64,000 bases of DNA from Candidatus Delongbacteria bacterium (lineage in GTDB: Bacteria; UBA4055), in the NCBI GenBank assembly GCA_016938275.1, contig JAFGUZ010000165.1, forward strand, positions 15,459-79,458. The letters run 5' to 3'. Position numbers and translations under genes: made by a program. Below, in pieces: positions 1 to 7,121 of the stretch. Position 1 is the stretch's first letter; each line of letters opens with the position of its first letter. The notes under the pieces were generated by a model. The model was not told where the DNA came from. It searched no databases and was given only the letters and a program-made list of their open reading frames with translations.

Positions 1-23
1 TAACTTTTATCGTTCTAACAGTG

Positions 24-51
24 CTTGACAAACTAGTTTGAGTAATTATCT
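24..51 (+). promoter_or_regulatory. possible sigma70-like promoter (TTGACA, 16-nt spacer, TATCTT) upstream of the HTH-TPR gene
   Basis: Perfect -35 hexamer at 24-29 and a weak -10. A GAAAGGGA ribosome-binding site follows 8 nt before the TTG start at 88. Confidence 0.2.
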
Positions 52-87
52 TTCAGAGGAATCTTAAGCTTTGAAAGGGACTTTTTC

Positions 88-2520
88 TTGTCAGAAAATA
101 GTAGAATACGGATTGAAAAAAGATTAAAAATTTTAAGTTTAGCTGCTGATTTAGGTGTAAGTCAAACAGCAAAAATGTATGATATTGATCCAAAAACAAT
201 CAGAAATTGGAGAAGAAAGTTTGAAGATTCAGGCAGAAATGCTCTAGAAAATCAATCAAAAAAGCATATTGAACAAAAATACAAAATGCCAGAATCAGAA
301 TTCAATTTAATTAAAGAATGTTATCTAAATAATCCTAATCTTAGTGCAAGAGAAATTAAAGAAAATTTAAACCTTAAATATTCACTAAAAACAATATTGA
401 AAAAATTGAGTGAGATAAAATCTGATCCAAATGATTTAAAATACTCACTAGATGAGATAAGAATCCCACTACTCAATAATGATTTTTATTTAAGAATTAG
501 TGATTTGGAAAATAAAGGATTTAAAAATAAAATCTATAAATATTTGTTTATTTTAATAAATAGCTCAACAGGAGCAATATTTTGCTCTTTTGCATCAGAA
601 AAAACAGATTTAAATATTGCCTTATTTATCGACTACAGCGTATTTTGGCTCAAGAAAAATCAGTTCGAACCCAGTTTCCTAAATTTCCACCTAGATCCTT
701 CAATTTTGAAGACAAAAGGTTTTATCAAGAAGGTGGCAGAGAAAAATAAAATAGAGATAATGACTAGTAGATATAGTGAAGATATTTTTGATTTTGACAA
801 CCGAAAATATATTAAAATTTTCATAAACAATCTCAAATCAAAAGATATCAAAAACAATGACGATCTTCTTCTGTTTACACATTCACTTGTAGTGTCAAGT
901 AATACTCAGGTGTTTTCTGAAAGATTGGAAAAACATAATAGATCTGATATCTCATTTTTCGAAAAATTAGAGAATTTATCTTTTTCTTTTGTTCCAATTT
1001 ACATCGATAAACACTTCACTAGATTTAGTGCAATATTAAATAATACTCAACCTTGGGATGATTTTTTAACAGAATTCAATAATTTCACAGCAAAATCATC
1101 GACAATTTTCTATCAGACTTGTAATGATATTAGAAAAGTTGGTGATAATAAATCTGCATTGTTATTTTTTGGAGTAGCTGCAAAATGGCTACAGATTAGA
1201 AATCCAGAATTAAAGATATTAAGTCTTTTACAACAATGTATAATTTTATGGAATTTAGAACGTGATGAAGACGCTTGGAGACATCTTCAAAATGCCTACT
1301 CACAAGCAGTTAAATTAAAGCATATTCCTACTTTGATAAAATGCTATAATTTACTTTCTATGCATTTTTATAGAAAAAGTGATTTTGAAAGGGCATTTTT
1401 TTATAACAAAAAAGAGTTGGATCTAGCTAGAAAAATTAATGACACAAAGAATATCATGAGAACCACAATCAACATGGGTGTTCAATTACAAATAAAAGGT
1501 AGTTACAATACTGCGATTAAACTTTACAACAACCTTATTAATACATCGAATGATAATTACAATATTACCTTCAGTTACATCAATCTGTCTCTATTATATC
1601 TTAATATTGGAAAGCCTAGTCTTGCTTTAAAAAATTCATATTTAGTTCTTGAGTACAGTAATGATCATAATTATCACAATAATGATTATCATATCTATAA
1701 TTCAATCGGAAGGTCATATCTTGCACTGGATAGATTTCTCGAAGCTAAAATTAATTTTCAAAAAGCTGCCGAAATATCAATGGCATCAGGTTTATTCAGA
1801 GAATATTATGAATGTCAAAATTTTCTAGCTCATATTTCATGCGAAACGGGAAATTTCAAAAAGGCTTTAGAAATTCTACAAGAGATCCAAAATAATAAAA
1901 AGGAGCTAAATCTTGAATTTCTACTTGCTGAGCTAAATCTAATTAAATCTAAGATATTACTAAGAATAGGCAAAGATAAGAATTTCAAAGAATCAATAGA
2001 GGAAGCTAAAAATAAAGCAATAAATTTAAATGAGCTGGATACTCTTTTTGAGATAAAAATGTTGGAGGGATACTTTTATTTAACAAAAACAAAATTCAAT
2101 ATTGCTCATGAAATTTATAAAGAAGCAAAAGAGTTATGTCCAAAAAGATTTTCCGAAAAATTAGCTTCTGTCTATAAATATATAGCACTAGCTGATGCTC
2201 TAATTCATATCTCCAAGTCAGAAACTAGCCTTTCTACAATAATGGAAAAGATAGAAATCTTTTTTAATATGTATAATGTAAAAGATCGAAAGAGAACAAG
2301 TGCAGAATTTAACTTCAGAATTTGGTTTATTGTAAAGCTTCTCACTGAAAAAGGACTAATAACAGATATCAGTGAATCCTTATATAAGAAGTACCCTGCA
2401 GTTGATTTTTCATTGGATAAATTGAGGTTAAAAGCGATAAGGGGATATCAGAAATTATTTATGCAAACTCAAAAAATAATATACTCAGAAAGAATAGAAA
2501 TGTTAAAGTCATATAATTAA
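88..2520 (+). CDS. 810-aa protein: N-terminal transposase-type helix-turn-helix (IS630/IS3-like HTH) fused to a long TPR-like alpha-helical repeat region. No transposase catalytic domain.
   Basis: TTG start with AAGGGA RBS. The N-terminus LAADLGVSQTAKMYDIDPKTIRNWRRKFEDSG is a typical transposase HTH. Residues ~390-700 show TPR-like periodicity (YNLLSMHFYRKSDFERAFFYNKKELDLARK...). Confidence 0.6.
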   Translation: MSENSRIRIEKRLKILSLAADLGVSQTAKMYDIDPKTIRNWRRKFEDSGRNALENQSKKHIEQKYKMPESEFNLIKECYLNNPNLSAREIKENLNLKYSLKTILKKLSEIKSDPNDLKYSLDEIRIPLLNNDFYLRISDLENKGFKNKIYKYLFILINSSTGAIFCSFASEKTDLNIALFIDYSVFWLKKNQFEPSFLNFHLDPSILKTKGFIKKVAEKNKIEIMTSRYSEDIFDFDNRKYIKIFINNLKSKDIKNNDDLLLFTHSLVVSSNTQVFSERLEKHNRSDISFFEKLENLSFSFVPIYIDKHFTRFSAILNNTQPWDDFLTEFNNFTAKSSTIFYQTCNDIRKVGDNKSALLFFGVAAKWLQIRNPELKILSLLQQCIILWNLERDEDAWRHLQNAYSQAVKLKHIPTLIKCYNLLSMHFYRKSDFERAFFYNKKELDLARKINDTKNIMRTTINMGVQLQIKGSYNTAIKLYNNLINTSNDNYNITFSYINLSLLYLNIGKPSLALKNSYLVLEYSNDHNYHNNDYHIYNSIGRSYLALDRFLEAKINFQKAAEISMASGLFREYYECQNFLAHISCETGNFKKALEILQEIQNNKKELNLEFLLAELNLIKSKILLRIGKDKNFKESIEEAKNKAINLNELDTLFEIKMLEGYFYLTKTKFNIAHEIYKEAKELCPKRFSEKLASVYKYIALADALIHISKSETSLSTIMEKIEIFFNMYNVKDRKRTSAEFNFRIWFIVKLLTEKGLITDISESLYKKYPAVDFSLDKLRLKAIRGYQKLFMQTQKIIYSERIEMLKSYN

Positions 2521-2574
2521 AATAAATCTTACTGATTTTATGTTATACTTATAAACTGCCATTGAATTATATTA

Positions 2575-2601
2575 AAAAAGGTGCCTTAAAGACACCTTTT
2601 A
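2575..2601. terminator. bidirectional rho-independent terminator hairpin (AAAAAGGTG-ccttaaaga-CACCTTTTT)
   Basis: A 9-bp perfect stem flanked by an A-run and a T-run. It lies between the convergent genes 88-2520 (+) and 2603-2974 (-). Confidence 0.6.
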
Positions 2602-2602
2602 T

Positions 2603-2974
2603 TTATCTAGCATACTTTTTACATAAGGCAATAAATTTGTCAATATCAACAGGTTTCTGTAAAACAGTTCTAACATTTAGATCATTTAGATCAAAATTTC
2701 TACCTGAAGCTGCAGCTATAGAAGAACTAAGAATAATTGGAATATCAAAATTTCCCTCTTTTAAAGCTTCAGCAAACTCAAAACCAGAATCTGCACTTTC
2801 CATCATAACATCAAGAATGATAAGATTTGGTGAATCATTTTTAGCAATTTTCAAACCCTCTTCGCTTGAAAGTGCTGATTTTATCTCAAAACCTTCTTTT
2901 TCAAGAATAAGAGTATAGGATTCGATAAAATCTATATCATCATCAACCAAAAGAACCATCTTTTTATCGGACAT
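2603..2974 (-). CDS. stand-alone CheY-like response regulator receiver domain
   Basis: MVLLVDDDIDF...LIILDVMM...IPIILSS...QKP carries the receiver acidic pocket, phospho-Asp and Ser/Lys motifs. The start was moved to the second ATG (MSDKK), which has a GGAGG RBS. The ORF-track start at 2986 has no RBS. Confidence 0.75.
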   Translation of the reverse strand: MSDKKMVLLVDDDIDFIESYTLILEKEGFEIKSALSSEEGLKIAKNDSPNLIILDVMMESADSGFEFAEALKEGNFDIPIILSSSIAAASGRNFDLNDLNVRTVLQKPVDIDKFIALCKKYAR

Positions 2975-3016
2975 TTTTTCCTCCATTGTTTATAATCAGA
3001 CATCTATGTCAAAATT

Positions 3017-3045
3017 ATTTTATCAACTTACATAAGTATAGTCAA
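3017..3045 (-). promoter_or_regulatory. sigma70-like promoter (TTGACT, 17-nt spacer, TAAAAT) for the receiver gene
   Basis: Read on the minus strand it gives TTGACTatacttatgtaagttgaTAAAAT. It lies between the hydB-proximal hairpin and the RR start. Confidence 0.35.
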
Positions 3046-3065
3046 TATAATTTTTTAGAATTATT

Positions 3066-3084
3066 GCGGCAGGAAATCTGCCGC
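3066..3084 (-). terminator. stem-loop GCGGCAG-gaaat-CTGCCGC immediately after the hydB stop (weak terminator or mRNA-stabilising hairpin; no U-tract on the minus strand)
   Basis: 7-bp GC-rich perfect stem. On the minus strand the downstream sequence is A-rich rather than U-rich. Confidence 0.3.
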
Positions 3085-3090
3085 CTATTC

Positions 3091-4821
3091 CTATTTCATA
3101 AGATCTTCAAATTCTGATCTGAATTTTTTCACCATATTCTCAATAGGCACACAGAAAGCCTCACCTGTAGGACAGATAGTAACACCTTTAACATTTCTAC
3201 AAATTGTAAGGATATTCTCAAGATCCTCTGGTTTACCATTTCCATCAAGAATATTAGTTAAAATTCTCTTAATTGATTGAGATCCATGACGACAAGGTGC
3301 ACATCTTCCACAAGATTCATGAGCATAGAAATCTATCGTTCTTTTTGCAATTTTTGGTATAGATGTCTCTTTGTTGATAACCATTACCCCACCAGACCCA
3401 AGTGCAGTACCATGTTTAATACATGAATCATAATCCATCTTCAGATTTTGAAGCTCGTTAGCAGTAAGAATAGGTACAGATAAGCCACCAACTATAGCCG
3501 CTTTCAATTCCCCTTTTACACCACCTGCAGCTTCAATAAGCTCATCAAATGGAATACCCATTGGATATTCGTATACGCCAGGTTTGTTTACATGACCACT
3601 AATTCCAAAAATTTTAAATCCATTATTATTTGACGGTCCAAATGTTCTGTAAGCCTCAGCTCCATTTTCAACAATGTAAGGAACACTTGCCAAAGTTTCA
3701 ACATTGTTAACAATAGTAGGGCATCCATATAGACCTTCAACAGCAGGGAATGGAGGTTTTATTCTAGGCTCACCACGCTTACCTTCAATAGATTCGATCA
3801 AAGCAGTTTCTTCACCGCAAACGTAAGCACCAGCTCCCCTATGAACAATAATATCGAAATTATTAAGTTTTCCATCTCTTCTGGCTTCTTCAATAGCATT
3901 TTCTAAAATCTGTGCGATCCACTCAAATTCACCACGAATATAGATAAAACCAAGTTGCGATTTTAAAGCGTGAGCTGAAATCACCATACCTTCAATTAGA
4001 AGATGTGGATCGTATTCCATAATTTGTCTGTCTTTGAAAGTTCCAGGTTCACCTTCGTCAGCATTACAGATTAGGTATACTGGTTTTTCATTATTTTTTG
4101 GTAAGAATCCCCATTTAACACCAGTAGGAAAACCAGCTCCCCCCCTGCCTCTAAGCATGGATTTTTTTACTTCAGAAATAATATCAGCTGGATTCATTTC
4201 TAAAGCTTTTACTAGAGCTGAATAGCCACCATTTTTCTTGTAAGTATCAATAGATACAGAATTTTCTACACCACGATTTTTCAAAAGGATATTACATACT
4301 GTAGCCCAATTATATTCATCCTGTTTCGGAGGCATCACACCTTCTCTTAATGATTTTATCAGTGCAACTGTTTTTTCAGGAGTCATATTTTCATAATATG
4401 TGTCGTTAACTTGAATTACTGGACATGAACCACACGAACCTAAATCTTCAACAGCTTTCAATGTAAACATTTTATCGCTAGTCGTTTGACCAACTTCAAT
4501 TCCAAGTTCATCTTTCACAGTTTTTAAAATTTCACACGCACCCATAAGTGAGGCGGGGATGTTTGTATCAACTTGAATAAAATATTTACCAACTTCTTTA
4601 GTATTGTACATTGAATAATAAGTCAACACACCGTAAGCAGCGGATTCAGGAACTCCAAGAAGTTCTGCAACTTCTCTGGTAAGGTCTCTAGTGATGTAGT
4701 TATTATTATCTTTCTGAACCATCATAAGAGCAGGCATAATAGCAGACTCTTTCTTAGGATATCTTCCAGCTAGATCCAGAATTTTTGATTTTATATTATC
4801 AGAAATCATTATATCTCCCAT
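3091..4821 (-). CDS. NuoF-like NADH-binding flavoprotein (hydrogenase diaphorase subunit, HydB/HndC type) with an N-terminal NuoE/thioredoxin-like domain
   Basis: NADH/FMN motif GGAGFPTGVKWGF. C-terminal 4Fe-4S motif CGRCAPC...C. The N-terminal ~150 aa are NuoE-like but retain only CGSC (CxxC), with no Cx4C pair. Confidence 0.85.
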   Translation of the reverse strand: MGDIMISDNIKSKILDLAGRYPKKESAIMPALMMVQKDNNNYITRDLTREVAELLGVPESAAYGVLTYYSMYNTKEVGKYFIQVDTNIPASLMGACEILKTVKDELGIEVGQTTSDKMFTLKAVEDLGSCGSCPVIQVNDTYYENMTPEKTVALIKSLREGVMPPKQDEYNWATVCNILLKNRGVENSVSIDTYKKNGGYSALVKALEMNPADIISEVKKSMLRGRGGAGFPTGVKWGFLPKNNEKPVYLICNADEGEPGTFKDRQIMEYDPHLLIEGMVISAHALKSQLGFIYIRGEFEWIAQILENAIEEARRDGKLNNFDIIVHRGAGAYVCGEETALIESIEGKRGEPRIKPPFPAVEGLYGCPTIVNNVETLASVPYIVENGAEAYRTFGPSNNNGFKIFGISGHVNKPGVYEYPMGIPFDELIEAAGGVKGELKAAIVGGLSVPILTANELQNLKMDYDSCIKHGTALGSGGVMVINKETSIPKIAKRTIDFYAHESCGRCAPCRHGSQSIKRILTNILDGNGKPEDLENILTICRNVKGVTICPTGEAFCVPIENMVKKFRSEFEDLMK

Positions 4822-4845
4822 TTTTTAATTCTTTGAATTTGATAA

Positions 4846-6630
4846 TTAGTGTTTATGTGTAACCTCTTTTACAGCATTACCAAAAGCTTTTGATCTTTCA
4901 AAGTAATTTGTGTGAAGTAATTTATGAGCAAGTTCTGAATTTGGTTTTTCTAGATAGTCTTGATAAATTTTCTGAACCATTGGATTTTCATGAGAGAATC
5001 TTATAGAAAGAGCTTTATCTTCATTATAAAGACCTTCACCACGAACTTCTCTATCAACCATTCCACAACCGAAAGGCTGACCACCACCTCCAACACATCC
5101 ACCTGGACATGCCATTACTTCAATGAAATGGAATTCAGATTTACCAGTTTCAGCAATTTGAGCTCTAACTTTATCCATTAATTTTCTAGCATTTCCAAGA
5201 CCGTTTGCAACAGCTACTCTAACAGGGAAAGGAAGTCCAGGAGCATCAATAGTTGCTTCTTTAATACCTTCTAATCCTCTAACAACTTTGATATCTGGAT
5301 CAGGAAGATTATTGTTAGTTAAAAGGAAGTATGCAGATCTTACGGCTGCTTCCATAACACCACCTGTTGCACCAAAAATTGTAGCAGCACCAGTATAAGC
5401 ACCCATCAATCTGTCAGCTTCTTCTTCAGGTAAATTTTTATAGTCTAGACCAGCTTCTTTAACCATTCTAACAAACTCTCTAGTAGTAAGAACATAATCA
5501 ACATCCTGATATCCAGAATCATTCATTTCAGGTCTTCTAGCTTCAAACTTTTTAGCAGTACAAGGCATTAGAGATACAGAAACTATATCTTTAGGATCAA
5601 TATTATTTTCTTTAGCATAATATGTTTTTACCAAAGCACCAAACATTTGCTGTGGAGATTTACAAGTAGAGACATTTTTTGCAAGATCTGGGAAGAATGT
5701 CTCCATAAATTTAATCCATCCAGGAGAACAGGAAGTAACAAGTGGTAATGTGCCACCATTAACTACTCTAGAAATAAGCTCAGAACCCTCTTCCATAATT
5801 GTAAGATCGGCTGTAAAATTTGTATCAAACACTCTGTCAAAACCAAGTCTTCTTAATGCTGCATACATTTTACCAGGAGTAGCAAGACCTTGCTCCATGC
5901 CAAATTCTTCAGCTAAAGCAACTCTGATTGCAGGAGCTTCTTGAATGACAACATGTTTTTTAGGATCAAGTAAAGCTGTCCATACTTCATCAATTTCACT
6001 TTTTTCAGTTAAAGCACCAGTTGGACAATAAACTGTACACTGTCCACAATTGATACATGGACTATTAGCCATTCCTTCATCAAAAGCTGTTGTTGCATAT
6101 GTTTTATAGCCTCTTTCAGCTTTGGTAAGAGCATTTACAGTCTGAATGGACGAACATACTTCTATACATCTTCCACAATTTATACATTTATTAGGATCTC
6201 TAATTATCGATGGGCTGGAATCGTCAACAGGAAGTCTTTCCATGCTCACAGGAACTCTTCTCATCGTTACGCTAAGATTATTTGCTAGATCTTCAAGTTC
6301 ACATTTTCCATGAGCAAGACAAGTAGGACATTCAACATGATGATCAGCCAAAGTCATCTCTAGAATAAGCTTTCTTGTTTCTCTAATACGCAATGAATTT
6401 GTTGTAACATCCATACCCTCTCTAACTGGAGTTGTACAAGATCTTTTTGGGCTATTTTCACCTTCTATATCAACAACGCATATACCACAACTTCCAGATG
6501 GTTTTAAATCTGGGTGATAACAAAGACTCGGAATTTTTATTCCAACCTTTTTTGCTGCTTCTAAAATTGTAGTGTTTTCTGGTACTTTAACTTCAAGACC
6601 GTCAATTACCAGGTTTACCATTTTTTGCAT
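4846..6630 (-). CDS. hydA: [FeFe]-hydrogenase catalytic subunit (M3-type: 2Fe-2S ferredoxin, His-ligated 4Fe-4S, 2x 4Fe-4S, H-cluster domain) with an atypical L1 motif
   Basis: N-terminal 2Fe-2S cysteines; HHVECPTCLAHGKC; CINCGRCIEVC; CINCGQCTVYCP. H-cluster motifs are L2 MPCTAKKFE and L3 EVMACPGGCVGGGGQP. L1 reads TSCSPGW (Ser where the second Cys is expected). AAGGAG RBS. Confidence 0.85.
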   Translation of the reverse strand: MQKMVNLVIDGLEVKVPENTTILEAAKKVGIKIPSLCYHPDLKPSGSCGICVVDIEGENSPKRSCTTPVREGMDVTTNSLRIRETRKLILEMTLADHHVECPTCLAHGKCELEDLANNLSVTMRRVPVSMERLPVDDSSPSIIRDPNKCINCGRCIEVCSSIQTVNALTKAERGYKTYATTAFDEGMANSPCINCGQCTVYCPTGALTEKSEIDEVWTALLDPKKHVVIQEAPAIRVALAEEFGMEQGLATPGKMYAALRRLGFDRVFDTNFTADLTIMEEGSELISRVVNGGTLPLVTSCSPGWIKFMETFFPDLAKNVSTCKSPQQMFGALVKTYYAKENNIDPKDIVSVSLMPCTAKKFEARRPEMNDSGYQDVDYVLTTREFVRMVKEAGLDYKNLPEEEADRLMGAYTGAATIFGATGGVMEAAVRSAYFLLTNNNLPDPDIKVVRGLEGIKEATIDAPGLPFPVRVAVANGLGNARKLMDKVRAQIAETGKSEFHFIEVMACPGGCVGGGGQPFGCGMVDREVRGEGLYNEDKALSIRFSHENPMVQKIYQDYLEKPNSELAHKLLHTNYFERSKAFGNAVKEVTHKH

Positions 6631-7121
6631 TTAACTCTCCTTAATATTTGAACTATAATTACTTTTGCCTCTGGACGCAATACGACTTATTTGCAGAAAC
6701 CGTAATCACAACCAGTGCTAGCAATATTCAATAGTATATGATATTTGTCAATTATTTTTTTTACATTTTTTTTGTTACAAAATTCACAATCGACTTTAAC
6801 ACGCCCACATAATGTATATTATTTTATTTATACAACTACTTAATGGGAAATAATTTATTCCTACAATATTTGAAAAAACGAATAAATCTACGTAATTTCT
6901 TTACGTTGGCAACAATAATGTATTTGTTACTTAAATAACAACTTTATGATTATAGTAATCATTCTTTGATTTTCCCCGATACATAAAAGAGATATTTAGA
7001 TCTCACCGTATATAGTATTGCGTATACAATTAATTATATAATGCCCACATTCAGAGATATCAAATAAAAAAAAAAGTAATTTAAGAAGTGATCAAACTGT
7101 CTAACCTATTATAAGAAGGAG

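Noticed and set aside
660-857. Short antisense or overlapping ORFs in the six-frame track. Examples: 660-857, 2562-2918, 4034-4225, 4960-5181, 5750-5944, 8644-8952, 10344-10610, 11301-11837, 12835-13074, 13606-13833, 14016-14273, 15604-15843, 18770-19033, 20774-21035, 21962-22210, 23664-23852, 26318-26847, 27017-27286, 28037-28315, 28987-29187, 31435-31695, 33179-33628, 34316-34537, 37524-37730, 37980-38165, 42476-42664, 44626-44808, 45423-45617, 47275-47657, 49245-49478, 50273-50464, 50937-51305, 51851-52036, 52719-52955, 54151-54399, 56209-56840, 59689-60798, 61018-61450, 62774-63118.
   Set aside because: Each lies inside, and mostly antisense to, a long CDS with clear homology-type motifs. 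They have low-complexity or hydrophobic compositions typical of AT-rich frame artefacts. None has a credible RBS.
88-2520. ORF1 as an IS630/IS3 transposase or mobile element.
   Set aside because: Only the ~60-aa HTH is transposase-like. There is no DDE/RNase-H-like catalytic region, no terminal inverted repeats and no target-site duplication visible. The remainder is TPR-like.
6640-6720. Sigma-54 (-24 GG / -12 GC) promoter upstream of hydA, considered because rpoN is in the window.
   Set aside because: Candidate TGG...TGC elements have 19-nt spacing instead of the required 10. No enhancer-binding-protein gene is nearby.
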